Notes: generated by a model not told the origin, from the sequence alone. A stretch of 64,000 nt of DNA from Candidatus Eiseniibacteriota bacterium (GCA_963783375.1 CAWANH010000029.1:768001-832000); one strand, 5' to 3'; counted from the stretch's first letter, positions 41,714 through 50,998 are shown. Numbers and translations: made by a program.

Positions 41714-42810
41714 ACGAGCGGATGTGGACTGCGCTTCTCGGGAAGCCGGAACCCGTCTCCCCCGCCGAGGCGGGGACCCGGCTTCGCGCCGCGGGAAAAG
41801 TGCTCCTGGTCGGACCGCACCTGAGGCGGGGCGATCTCCTCGCCGCCACCCCGATCTTCCGCAACCTCCGCCGGGCCCTTCCCCGGGCCGAGCTGGTCCT
41901 GGTGGCCGGACGCCAGAACGTGGACGCGGCGATGGACAGCCCCGATCTCGACCGGGTGGAGGTGACCCGGCTTCGCGGGCTCACCCTGGGACCCCGGACC
42001 CTCGGATTCGTGCGCCGGCTGGAACGCGAGCGCTTCGACGCCGCCCTCGTCCTCCCTGCCCCCCATCCCCTCGCCTTCGCGGTGTACCTGGCCCGCGCCG
42101 CCCACCCGGGATTCACCGCCGGCCTGGACGACGCCCCCCTGGGCAGCGCCCTGGCCCGGCTCGGCTTCGACTGCGTGCTCCCCGCGCCCGGGGAGGAGCG
42201 GGTCCACCTGGTGGACATGGCGCTGGCCCTGGTGGAGGGGCTGGGCATCCCGGTGGAGGAGCGCGGCCACGTGCTCGGGGTGACCGCCGCGCAGCGTGCC
42301 TCGGCGGAGGCCGCGCTGGCCGAGGCGGGGATCGATCTCGCCCGGCCCATTCTCGGGATCCAGCCCGGGGGCACCGCCCGCCATCCCGGGACGCATTGGC
42401 CCCCCTCCCACTACGCCACCGTGCTCCAGCGGGCGGCGGCGGAGCTGGAATTCCAGCCCCTCCTCCTCGGAAAGGAAGGGGACGCCGACGCCATCCGCCA
42501 GGTGCGGGAGCTGGGGAAGCGCACCGTGGTGAGCCTGGTGGATCTCCCCTTCCCCCTCTACAAGGCGGTCCTCTCCCGGCTCGACTTCTTCCTCACCCAG
42601 GACGGCGAGCGGGTCCACGTGGCCGCGGGGGTGGGGGTGCCCTCCTACTTCATCTACCTCGGCTCCCCGCCGTGGCGCTCGGCCCCCTACGGCCCCCACG
42701 TGGCGGTGTGGGCCGAGGAACGGCGAGCCCCCGCTCCCAACGAGGTCTGGGAACGGGTGAAACCGCTCCTCGTCGCGGCCGGGGAGCGCCGGAGGGGCGC
42801 GACGGGGTGA
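41710..42810 (+). CDS. Divergent GT9 family glycosyltransferase
   Basis: RGDLLAATP, GIQPG...HWP, LTQDGERVHVAAGVGVP. Confidence 0.78.
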   Translation: MNERMWTALLGKPEPVSPAEAGTRLRAAGKVLLVGPHLRRGDLLAATPIFRNLRRALPRAELVLVAGRQNVDAAMDSPDLDRVEVTRLRGLTLGPRTLGFVRRLERERFDAALVLPAPHPLAFAVYLARAAHPGFTAGLDDAPLGSALARLGFDCVLPAPGEERVHLVDMALALVEGLGIPVEERGHVLGVTAAQRASAEAALAEAGIDLARPILGIQPGGTARHPGTHWPPSHYATVLQRAAAELEFQPLLLGKEGDADAIRQVRELGKRTVVSLVDLPFPLYKAVLSRLDFFLTQDGERVHVAAGVGVPSYFIYLGSPPWRSAPYGPHVAVWAEERRAPAPNEVWERVKPLLVAAGERRRGATG

Positions 42811-43919
42811 GCCGCATCCTGGTCATGGCCAGCGTACGTTGGTTGAACGCCTCCGCCGCCTACGCGGTGGACGTGGCGGAGGGGCTCGCCCGCCGGGGCC
42901 ACGACGTCCGCCTCGTCGTCAAACCCGAATCCCCGGTGGAGGCCGAAGCCCGTCGCCGCGGGCTCGCGGTGGAGACCGCCTTCGATCTCACCGCCACCGG
43001 GCCGGGCCGGGTCTTCGCCGGACTCCGCGGACTTCGCGCCCTGGTGGCCTCGTTCCATCCCCAGCTGGTGAATGCCCACCGGAGCGAGGACCATCTCCTG
43101 GGTGCGATGGCGCTCCGCGGAGGCGGGGTACCGCTGGTGCGGACCCGGGGGGATGTTCGCCCCCCCCGGTCGCACCTGGCCAACCGCATCCTCTACCGGC
43201 GGGCCACCGCGCTCCAGATCGCCTGCGCGGACTTCATGCCCGACCGGTTCTACGCCCCCCTGGGGATCGAGCCGGCCGAGGTGGCGGTGATCCGCCCCGG
43301 GCTCGACGTCGAGGCCTACCGCCGCGACGCCCCGGAACGAGGCGCGGCCCGTCGGGAGCTGGCATTGGATGAGCGCGCCGATTGGATCGGGCTCATCGGT
43401 CGCTTCACCGCGGCCAAGGGGCACCGCCCGCTCATCCGCGCCTTCGCCCGGCTTCCGGGCGCGCCCCGGCTCCTGCTGTCGGGGACGGCCAACGAGATCT
43501 CCGCCGGGGACCTTCGCGCCGAGGCCGAGGCCGCGGGAGCGGGGCCCCGGGTCACGGTCACCGGCCGGGTGGAGGACGTCCGTGCCGCGCTCCGGGCCCT
43601 GGACGTCCTGGCCGTACCCTCGGTCGCGTCCGAAGCCATCGCCCGGATCGCCCTGGAGGCGCTGGCCCTGGGGGTGCCGGTGGTGGCCTCACGCCTCAAC
43701 TCCCTCCCCGAGATGGTGGGGGAAGCCGGAATCCTGGTCCCCCCCGGCGACGAGACGGCCCTGGCCGCCGCCCTCGCCCGGGCGCTTGACGACCCCGGGT
43801 TCCGCGCCCACGCGGCGGAAGCCGGACCCGATCGGGTGATCCGCCGCTACGACCGGCGCACCCAGATCGATCTCACCGAGGCCCGCTTCGGCGAACTCAC
43901 CGGCGGAGGATGGGGATGA
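42807..43919 (+). CDS. GT4 family glycosyltransferase
   Basis: GRFTAAKGH, VPSVASEAIARIALEALALGVPVV (EX7E). Confidence 0.85.
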   Translation: MSRILVMASVRWLNASAAYAVDVAEGLARRGHDVRLVVKPESPVEAEARRRGLAVETAFDLTATGPGRVFAGLRGLRALVASFHPQLVNAHRSEDHLLGAMALRGGGVPLVRTRGDVRPPRSHLANRILYRRATALQIACADFMPDRFYAPLGIEPAEVAVIRPGLDVEAYRRDAPERGAARRELALDERADWIGLIGRFTAAKGHRPLIRAFARLPGAPRLLLSGTANEISAGDLRAEAEAAGAGPRVTVTGRVEDVRAALRALDVLAVPSVASEAIARIALEALALGVPVVASRLNSLPEMVGEAGILVPPGDETALAAALARALDDPGFRAHAAEAGPDRVIRRYDRRTQIDLTEARFGELTGGGWG

Positions 43920-43953
43920 GCGGCGCCGACAGCCTCTTTTTCGGGGGCGGCGA

Positions 43954-45108
43954 GTGAGGGTATTCCTGCTCACCCAGGACTTCCCTCCCCGGCCGGGGGG
44001 AATGGCCCGGTACTATGCGGACTGGGCTCGAGGCCTCGACTCCGATTGCACGGTCGCGGTCGGATCCTGGGAGGGCCGCCCCCCCGAATCCCCGAGCGGT
44101 GCCCGCCTCCTCACTCTCCCGGTGGACGCCGGCCGGGCCCACCGGCCGGTGGGTCTCTGGCGGGCGATGCGCGCGGCGGAGGCCGCGATGGCCGCCGACC
44201 CTCCCGGAGTGCTCATCTCCGGCAACGTCCGCCCCTACGGTCCCCCCGCCCTCCGGATCGCCCGACGCGCCGGCATCCCCCTGGTGCTCGCCTATCACGG
44301 GAACGATCTCCTCCGCACCGCCCGCCGGTGGAGGACGCACCCCTGGAAGCGGCGGCGATGGGCGGCGCTGGTCGCCGGGGCGCGCCTTCACCTGGTGAAC
44401 AGCGCCTTCACCGCAGGGTTGGCCGAGGGGGCGGGGCTGCCGCCGGAGCGGATCGCGGTGGTTCCGCCGGAGGTGGACGACCGGCGCTTCCGCCCCAACG
44501 AGGGCCCCGGAGAGCGTGCCGCGCTCCGCGCCCGGTTCGGTTTCGGCGAGGACGAGATGGTCACCCTCTTCGTGGGACGGTTGGTGGAGCGCAAGGGCCT
44601 GGACGATCTCTTCGCCGCTCTCCCCGCCCTTCCCTCCCGGGTGCGCCTGGTGGTGGCCGGGCCGGGAGGGGTCGAACCCTGGCGGCGCCGGGCCGAGGCC
44701 GCGGGAACGGCGTCCCGGGTGCGCTTTCTGGGCCGGGTGACGGAATCGGAACTCCCCCTCCTCTACCGGGCCGCCGACCTCTTCGCCGCCCCCTCGCGCG
44801 ACCGCCGGGAGGAGGACGACGTCGAGGGGTTCGGGATCGTCTTCCTGGAGGCCGCAGCCTCGGGGCTGGGGTCGCTGGCTACCCGGACCGGCGGCATCCC
44901 CGAGGCGGTGGAGGACGGGGTGGGAGGGCTTCTGGTCCCCCCCTCCGACCGGTCCGCCCTCATCGAGGCGTGGAGGCGGCTGGCTTCCGATCCGGAGCTT
45001 CGGCGTCGTCTGGGGGAAGGGGGGCGTGCCGGGCGGGCCCGGAGCCACGGGTCCGGGAGTTCGGCTCGGGCCCTGATCGAGGTCCTGGAGCGGCGCCTGG
45101 ACGCCTGA
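43954..45108 (+). CDS. GT4 family glycosyltransferase (PimB-like)
   Basis: DFPPRPGG, GRLVERKG, VEGFGIVFLEAAA, GGIPEAV. Confidence 0.88.
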   Translation: MRVFLLTQDFPPRPGGMARYYADWARGLDSDCTVAVGSWEGRPPESPSGARLLTLPVDAGRAHRPVGLWRAMRAAEAAMAADPPGVLISGNVRPYGPPALRIARRAGIPLVLAYHGNDLLRTARRWRTHPWKRRRWAALVAGARLHLVNSAFTAGLAEGAGLPPERIAVVPPEVDDRRFRPNEGPGERAALRARFGFGEDEMVTLFVGRLVERKGLDDLFAALPALPSRVRLVVAGPGGVEPWRRRAEAAGTASRVRFLGRVTESELPLLYRAADLFAAPSRDRREEDDVEGFGIVFLEAAASGLGSLATRTGGIPEAVEDGVGGLLVPPSDRSALIEAWRRLASDPELRRRLGEGGRAGRARSHGSGSSARALIEVLERRLDA

Positions 45109-45164
45109 AGCCGGGGATGAAGGAAGAGAGGGGCCCCGCCCCGGGCCCGGTGTTCGATCCGCGG

Positions 45165-45980
45165 TCAGCGTAGGCTGTCGAGCTTGTCCTTGGCCAGGCG
45201 CGCCTCGGGGGAGTCGGGATACTCCCGCATCACCGTCTCGAAGTACTTCCGGGCGGTGGCCGAGTCTCCCTTCCGCAGGAAAGCGTAGCCCAGCTTCAGG
45301 GTGGCGGCGGGTCGCTTGTTTCCATCGGGGTAGAGATCGCGGACCTTCAGGTACTCCTGGATGGCCCGGTCGAGGTCCCCCAGGGCGAAGTAGCTCTCGC
45401 CGATGTAGAACTGGGCGTTGTCGGCGCGGTCGGACTGGGGGTAGTACTTCAGCAGGTCCTCGAAGCCGGCGACCGCGAGCTGGTAGTTTCCCCGGGACCA
45501 ATCCCGATAGGCGGCGTCGTAGAGCTCGGTGGCGGACGCCGGGGGGCGTTCCTCGCCGCCCATCCCCCCCATGCCGGTGGACTCCGCCGGGCTCCCCATC
45601 CCGGTGTCGGGAGGGGCGACGGTGGACGCGGGCGTCGGCGGTACCGGTGTTTCCTGGACCCGCCGCTGGAACTTCTCGAAGCGCACTCCCTGGTCCTCGA
45701 GCTGGGAGCGGAGCACCTCCAGCTTCTGCTCCAGATCACGGAGTTGGGCGTTGGTGTCCGCCCGCATGGCCGCAGTGGCCCCGGTCTGGGAGTCCATCTG
45801 GGTCTTCAGGTCGCGGACCAGGGCCAGGATCTCCGCCTGCTCCTTCCGCATCCCCTCCACCTCATCCCGGGTCACCTCCACGTTCACCGGTTGCCGGAAG
45901 AAAGCGCCCACACAGCCGCCCAGAAAGAGTGGGGCGGCCAGGATGACGAGGGTGGCGCGTGCACGCAGTTGTGGGTTCAT
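45165..45980 (-). CDS. cpoB: Tol-Pal system protein CpoB/YbgF (lipoprotein form)
   Basis: Lipobox LGGC, coiled coil, TPRs (YPQSDRADNAQFYIGE, ATLKLG, YPDSPEA); follows pal. Confidence 0.9.
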   Translation of the reverse strand: MNPQLRARATLVILAAPLFLGGCVGAFFRQPVNVEVTRDEVEGMRKEQAEILALVRDLKTQMDSQTGATAAMRADTNAQLRDLEQKLEVLRSQLEDQGVRFEKFQRRVQETPVPPTPASTVAPPDTGMGSPAESTGMGGMGGEERPPASATELYDAAYRDWSRGNYQLAVAGFEDLLKYYPQSDRADNAQFYIGESYFALGDLDRAIQEYLKVRDLYPDGNKRPAATLKLGYAFLRKGDSATARKYFETVMREYPDSPEARLAKDKLDSLR

Positions 45981-46063
45981 GCCTCGGTTCCGTTCCTGCC
46001 GCGGCCCTGTTCGCCGGGGCGCGTCCGAACGGACCGCGCGGCGCGCGGTCCGGGAAAAGGGGA

Positions 46064-46097
46064 GCGCCGGTCCCGCTCACGGGGGCGGGACCGGCGC
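46064..46097 (-). terminator. Hairpin downstream of pal (partial terminator or mRNA stabiliser)
   Basis: 13-bp stem GCGCCGGTCCCGC/GCGGGACCGGCGC followed on the minus strand by TCCCCTTTT. Confidence 0.5.
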
Positions 46098-46102
46098 CGG
46101 GA

Positions 46103-46624
46103 CTACTGGCTGATGTTGAAGTGAACCCGCCGGTTCTTGGCCCAGGCCTGCTCCGTGTCCCCCATGGCGAACGGCTTCTCCTCGCCGTAGGAGAGGGTGG
46201 AGAGCCGGGAGGCCGGTATTCCGAGGTCCGTCAGGTACTGCATCACCGCATCGGCCCGGCGCTGGCCCAGAGCCAGGTTGTATTCCTCGGTCCCCCGATT
46301 GTCGCAGTGGCCCTCGAGAACGACCTTGGCGTCGGGATGGTCCTTGAGATACTGCGCGTCGGTCTGGAGGACCATCCGCGCGTCGGACCTGAGCTCCGCC
46401 ATGTCGAAGTCGAAGAACACGTCCTGGACCTTCTCCATCCAGGCCCTCGGGTTCTCGGTGACTTCCGGGGGCTCGGCGGGGGGCTTCTCGGGAGTCTTCT
46501 CCGGCGGGGTCTGGTTCACCTCGGTCGTGGGCGGTGGCGGCTTCTTGGGGCACGCGGTCAGAAACGTGAACCCCACCGCCAGGACGGCGATTCCTATGAA
46601 GATCTTCATGGTATGTCGATTCAT
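46103..46624 (-). CDS. pal: Peptidoglycan-associated lipoprotein
   Basis: Lipobox FLTAC, VFFDFD, EGHCDNRGTEEYNLALGQRRA, SYGEEKP, KNRR. Confidence 0.96.
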   Translation of the reverse strand: MNRHTMKIFIGIAVLAVGFTFLTACPKKPPPPTTEVNQTPPEKTPEKPPAEPPEVTENPRAWMEKVQDVFFDFDMAELRSDARMVLQTDAQYLKDHPDAKVVLEGHCDNRGTEEYNLALGQRRADAVMQYLTDLGIPASRLSTLSYGEEKPFAMGDTEQAWAKNRRVHFNISQ

Positions 46625-46775
46625 TGTGATTGGTACCCTCCCCATTGGTTCCGGCTATTCCGGTTCGCTTCCACTCTAACCGGGCCCCTCCCGGTCCGCA
46701 AGGTGCGGCGGAGAAAGAACCCCGTCCACCTTTCCCGGTTCCAGGATCCCCGCCGGCCTCGGGCCGGCTTCCGGG

Positions 46776-48113
46776 TCACCTCGGGGGCACCCCCGACCAG
46801 TCCGGAGCATAGTTGTCGGTCCCCCTCCCGGTGACCAGCGCCCGCACCGTCCCCGAGTCCACGTCGAGCACGTAGATCCCCTTCTCCCCTCCCCGGGTGG
46901 AGGTGAACACCACGTGCCGGCCGTCCGGAGCCCAACGGGGATGCTCGTCGCTCCCCGGACCCCGGGTGATCTGCTTCTCCTCCCCCAGGCCGCTGGCGTC
47001 CATCACCATGATCCGGAAGAGCCCGCCGCGCATGGAGGCGAAGGCGATCCGGTCCCCCTGGGGGGACCAGTCGGCCTGGTCGTTCCACTTGCCGGCGAAG
47101 GTGAGCCGGCGCGCCCCGGTTCCGTCGGCGTCCATCATGTAGAGCTGGGGGCTGCCCGCCCGGTCCGAGGTGAACACGATTCGCCTTCCGTCCGGGGACC
47201 ACGAGGGTGACGTATTGATGCCGGCGGCCCGGGCCACCGCGTGGGGGTCTCCGCCGTCCGCGGTGACCTCCATGATCTCGCTGGATCGTCCCTCGGTCTG
47301 GCTGTAGGCGATCAGGGAGCCGTCCGGAGAATAGGCGGGGGCGCTCTGGACTCCCCGCCCCCCCACCAGGGGGCGCTCCTTGCCCCCGGCCACGTCCGCC
47401 TGCCACAGGTCGGCGTCCCCCTTCTGGTAGGACGTGAACACCACGGCGGCCCCGTCCGGCCGGAAAGACGGGGAGAGGTTGATGGAGCCGTTCCGCGTCA
47501 GCTGGCGCAGGCCGAAGCCGTCGTAGTCGACCAGAAAAATCTCTTTTCCCCCCGCGCGGCTGGAGACGAAGACGATCCGGGTCCGGGCGATTCCCTGTCT
47601 CCCGGTGAGGTAGAGCACGATGTCGTCGGCGAACCGGTGGGCCGCTTCCCGGTACCACTCGGGCTTGGTCCGATAGTCCCGGGAGAAGATCAGGGTGCGG
47701 CCGGGCAGGGACTCGAGGGTCCCCCGAAGCACGATGTCCCCGCCGGAAACCAGGAGTTCCCCCCGAACCAGGGCCTGGGCCCGGCCGGCGTAGAGGGTGT
47801 CCCCGGGGGTGAGCCGGGGAATCTCCGTCACCGCGAACACGTCGGAGTACTGGAGGTCCTTCCCGGCCACGTCATGGACCGCCTTGGTGTCCTCGCCGGT
47901 GGCCCCGGCGCCGGGGAGGAAGTCCTCGAGTAGAAGCCGGATCTTGGGAACGGATCCGGTCTGGGTGATGACGATGTGCTTCTCATTCGAGGTGGTGCTG
48001 TCGACCTGGGCGCGCGCGGGACGCCCCGCGCCGGCCAGCATCGCCGCGACGACGAGTACCGCGCTTCCGGCGGCGCCGACGCGGGTGCGGTCGATTCGAA
48101 AGGCCTGATGCAA
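46776..48113 (-). CDS. tolB: Tol-Pal beta-propeller protein TolB
   Basis: AHRFADDI...LTGRQGIARTRIVF, DYDG, PD40 repeats (PSWSPDG, TSDRAGSPQLY). Confidence 0.94.
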   Translation of the reverse strand: MHQAFRIDRTRVGAAGSAVLVVAAMLAGAGRPARAQVDSTTSNEKHIVITQTGSVPKIRLLLEDFLPGAGATGEDTKAVHDVAGKDLQYSDVFAVTEIPRLTPGDTLYAGRAQALVRGELLVSGGDIVLRGTLESLPGRTLIFSRDYRTKPEWYREAAHRFADDIVLYLTGRQGIARTRIVFVSSRAGGKEIFLVDYDGFGLRQLTRNGSINLSPSFRPDGAAVVFTSYQKGDADLWQADVAGGKERPLVGGRGVQSAPAYSPDGSLIAYSQTEGRSSEIMEVTADGGDPHAVARAAGINTSPSWSPDGRRIVFTSDRAGSPQLYMMDADGTGARRLTFAGKWNDQADWSPQGDRIAFASMRGGLFRIMVMDASGLGEEKQITRGPGSDEHPRWAPDGRHVVFTSTRGGEKGIYVLDVDSGTVRALVTGRGTDNYAPDWSGVPPR

Positions 48114-48158
48114 CTTGATCCTCCTCCGTGGGCCGGGGGTATGGCGGAGTCCGCCCGG

Positions 48159-48941
48159 CTAGTCGGGCGAGACGCCGGTCTTCCGGAACGTCACGGAAAG
48201 TCCGAGATGGTCGCCGGAGTACGCCTCGGGGATCGGCGGGAGGCGCTTGGTGTCGAGCACCACTCCCATCGCCTGCCGGTCGTAGAGCGACGACCCCGAG
48301 GGCTCCAGGATGAAGGGCTGGACGATCGTCCCGTCCTTCTCGATGATGAAGTGGACGGTGGTCCGAAGCTCCTCGCTCCCCTCCTGCTTTTCCCAGTGCG
48401 CGGCAAGCATCTGCCGGACCCGGGCCAGGTAGCTGTCGTCCCTGAAGTCCCTCTGGTCCACCATCCCCAGGGACACCGGCTCCTCCGGAGTGTCGGGGAT
48501 CTTCACCTCCTTCTCCGGAGGCGTCGTCTCCCGGGGCTTGGTCTCCGGAGCCTTGGTGGGCTCGGGTTTGCTCTCGGGCTTCTTCTCCGGCTCCTTCTTC
48601 TCCGGCTTCGGCTTGGGCTTCTCCGGCACCTTGACCACGTCCGTTTCCTTGGCCGGCGGCTCCTTGGGCTTGGGCTCCTCGACGGGTTTGGGCTTGGGAG
48701 GCTCCTCGGTATGGGTGGGCACCGGGGGCTTGAAGTTGGGGACCGGCCAATTCACGAGCGCGACCTGGTACATGGGCTCGGCATAGATCGGCCGGGGGGA
48801 TCGGGAAAAGGGTATGGAGAGGAGGATCAGGGCGACCAGATGAACCCCGAGACTCAACCCCACGAATCGGGGTATGCCCCAGGTTCGGGTCACCGGCTGG
48901 CGTGCCTCCTTACGCCGGGTCGGCGACGAGAAGAGCTTCAT
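48159..48941 (-). CDS. TolA/TonB-family energy transducer
   Basis: N-terminal TM with SxxxH (SLGVH), P/K/E-rich linker, C-terminal domain (FIIEKDG...PSGSSLYDRQA...LPPIP). Confidence 0.85.
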   Translation of the reverse strand: MKLFSSPTRRKEARQPVTRTWGIPRFVGLSLGVHLVALILLSIPFSRSPRPIYAEPMYQVALVNWPVPNFKPPVPTHTEEPPKPKPVEEPKPKEPPAKETDVVKVPEKPKPKPEKKEPEKKPESKPEPTKAPETKPRETTPPEKEVKIPDTPEEPVSLGMVDQRDFRDDSYLARVRQMLAAHWEKQEGSEELRTTVHFIIEKDGTIVQPFILEPSGSSLYDRQAMGVVLDTKRLPPIPEAYSGDHLGLSVTFRKTGVSPD

Positions 48942-49035
48942 GATTCAGTCTGCGCTCACGTCGTGGGTCCCGTGGGCCCCGGCAGGGTGGCGACCGGTCA
49001 CCCGTTTCGCGGCGGCCTCCGGCGAGACGGCCCGA

Positions 49036-49323
49036 TCACGAGATCACGTATCCACGCCGTGCGGCGATCTCCTCCTTGTGCTTCTCCACGAGCAGCATCC
49101 ACTCCGTGCTGCCCGGGCTCAGATTCCGCGAGTAGGTCCCCAGACGGTCGACCGCTTCATGAGTGATCTCGTCCTCGATTCGCAGATCCGCGATCAGAAA
49201 ACGGGCGATATCCCGCTCCAGGGCTCCACGACGGCCCTCGAATCGCACCAGGTCGGTCCGGCTTTCCAGCAACCCCGCCAACCGGGCGGCTATCCGCTGG
49301 ACCTTCTCTTCGCTCAGCCTCAC
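49036..49323 (-). CDS. DUF507-like protein (copy 2)
   Basis: MRLSEEKV...EDEITHEA...HKEEIAARRGYVI. Confidence 0.7.
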   Translation of the reverse strand: MRLSEEKVQRIAARLAGLLESRTDLVRFEGRRGALERDIARFLIADLRIEDEITHEAVDRLGTYSRNLSPGSTEWMLLVEKHKEEIAARRGYVIS

Positions 49324-49345
49324 CGGTTTCCTCTCTCGTGCCCGC

Positions 49346-49627
49346 TCAGATCACAATACCCCGTTCCCGGGCCAGTTGTTTCTTGATTTTGTCCCGCAAT
49401 AGGGCGATGTCCATGCTCTGGGCGTCGATTCGCGAGCGATACTGGGCCAGCACCCTCTCGACGTCCCGATCCAGATCGTCCTCCAGGGCCAGTTCGTCCC
49501 GGATGGCCGTGGCGAGCAGAAGGGTCACGGCGTCCTGGCTCTTCAGAAACTCGGTATCCTCCCGGGCGTCGATCCACACGGTCAGTTTCCCGGCCAAGTC
49601 CCGTATCTTTCTGGGGGACAACCGCAT
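49346..49627 (-). CDS. DUF507-like protein (copy 1)
   Basis: MRLSPRKI...EDDLDRDVE...KIKKQLARERGIVI; GGGAGGGAG RBS. Confidence 0.75.
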   Translation of the reverse strand: MRLSPRKIRDLAGKLTVWIDAREDTEFLKSQDAVTLLLATAIRDELALEDDLDRDVERVLAQYRSRIDAQSMDIALLRDKIKKQLARERGIVI

Positions 49628-49667
49628 AGAAATCTCCCTCCCCGCCCGGCGGTCCTGCGCTTGGTGT

Positions 49668-49697
49668 ATTCTCACGAGCGACCGGATTCCTTGTCAA
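49668..49697 (-). promoter_or_regulatory. Putative sigma70 promoter for the DUF507-tolA-tolB-pal unit
   Basis: TTGACA-N18-GAGAAT. Confidence 0.45.
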
Positions 49698-50158
49698 GCA
49701 GACGGCGCGCCTCGGGTCGAGGGTCCGTCCGCCCCCGACAGACGAATTCGAGCCGCCGGAAACGCTTTTTGCCACGAGTCGTTTGCGAATGAAGGGACCT
49801 CTCAACGTGGCCCGGCTCGAACCGATTCCCGCCTACTCCTCGAGTCGGTACCTGCAACTTTCTTTTAGTTCCATTCTCGACCGGCCGCCGTAACCCTGGG
49901 CGGCCTCAGAGAGAAGCCCTCGTTACTGTAAAGAAATTTGTCAATGAAATGGTTCCGAAATAATCAGGACCGTTTGCCCGGATTTTTCTGCAATGCCGTC
50001 GGCATACACCGTATTTTTTCCACGTACCGGATTGTGACCGTGCGGTATGGATGCTAGGATTGACCCATGTGCAATAGATTCCCCCGTATTGTACAGCTAC
50101 GGGTAGAATCTCCTTCTCCATACCAGCATCTTGCGCGAGACGCGAAGAGGGAGGAAAC

Positions 50159-50590
50159 ATGGCTCGTTCCAAGAAGGGCTTGAGCCGCAGAGGCCGGCGC
50201 CCCAGTCTGAAGGTCGCCGCCCGGAGGGCGGGCAAGCTCCAAAATGACGTCAAGAGTCTCTTAGCGGATCTGGAGGATCTGGAACGAAGACTCGTCCGAC
50301 TGGATACCCTCCTCGAGGCGAGCAGGAAAGCCGATCGAGAGAAGCTCAAGAAGAAGCGGTCCAGCCGCAGCCAGGGGATCCGTGGAAAGGGACCCAACGT
50401 CCGCGATCTCGCCTATCAGTTCCTGGCTCGCCGGAAGAAGCCGATGGGCATCCAGGAAATCAGCCAGCACGTGCTGAAGGGAAAGAAGGGGCAGGCAGGC
50501 GAAAATTTCACGCAAAATCTCGGAGCCGCCCTGGCGCGCGACTCGAGGTTCCTGCGCGCCGGTCGCGGCGTCTACACGGTCAAGAAATAG
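50159..50590 (+). CDS. Small basic protein with a coiled coil and C-terminal winged helix (HARE-HTH-like)
   Basis: Strong GAGGGAGG RBS; heptad LLADLEDLERRLVRL; DLAYQFL...KPMGIQEI...NLGAALARDSRFLRAGRGVY. Confidence 0.75.
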   Translation: MARSKKGLSRRGRRPSLKVAARRAGKLQNDVKSLLADLEDLERRLVRLDTLLEASRKADREKLKKKRSSRSQGIRGKGPNVRDLAYQFLARRKKPMGIQEISQHVLKGKKGQAGENFTQNLGAALARDSRFLRAGRGVYTVKK

Positions 50591-50616
50591 TCCCTATCGC
50601 CTGGACGTCACACCAT

Positions 50617-50651
50617 GCGGGGCGAAGCGGTACACCGTTTCGCCCCGCTTT
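50617..50651 (+). terminator. Intrinsic terminator after 50159..50590
   Basis: GCGGGGCGAAGCGG-TACA-CCGTTTCGCCCCGC followed by TTT. Confidence 0.7.
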
Positions 50652-50754
50652 GCCTGGATATCCGGATGTATCCCCGGTTCCCCCATGGACGGGTAGACTG
50701 GACGTATCGTGGATCTCCGGTCGGGTTTCCGTCCGCTACGGGTGAAATCGATCC

Positions 50755-50918
50755 TTGACGCCCCCACCCCGGGGCGGGAGAATCCGTGGTCAGCGAAGCG
50801 GATTTCCTGTGCTGCGCGTCATCGTTTGGGCACCGCAATGACCATATCAGCGAAGCGAAGCAGGTACTGTTTGCGGGCACCGGAACGGACGGGGTGATCG
50901 GGATTCCGCTTCCTTTAT
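50755..50918 (+). ncRNA. Candidate small structured RNA with its own promoter (family not recognised)
   Basis: TTGACG-N17-GAGAAT at 50755-50783; 50795-50807 pairs with 50900-50912 (12 of 13); no credible plus-strand CDS downstream. Confidence 0.3.
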
Positions 50919-50998
50919 ATCCCGTCAATCCCCCGGGGCGGCCGCGGTCGGCCCACCCGATGTCTCCCCCCCTACCGTGACCGGTCCCGACGATCCCC

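Noticed and set aside
48480-48720. Low-complexity AAG/GAG/CCC repeats
   Set aside because: Ordinary P/K/E-rich linker of the TolA/TonB-family protein.
50847-50866. SRP RNA (TCAG...AGCAG resemblance)
   Set aside because: Lacks the CAGG-NNN-GNRA-NNN-AGCAG helix-8 geometry.
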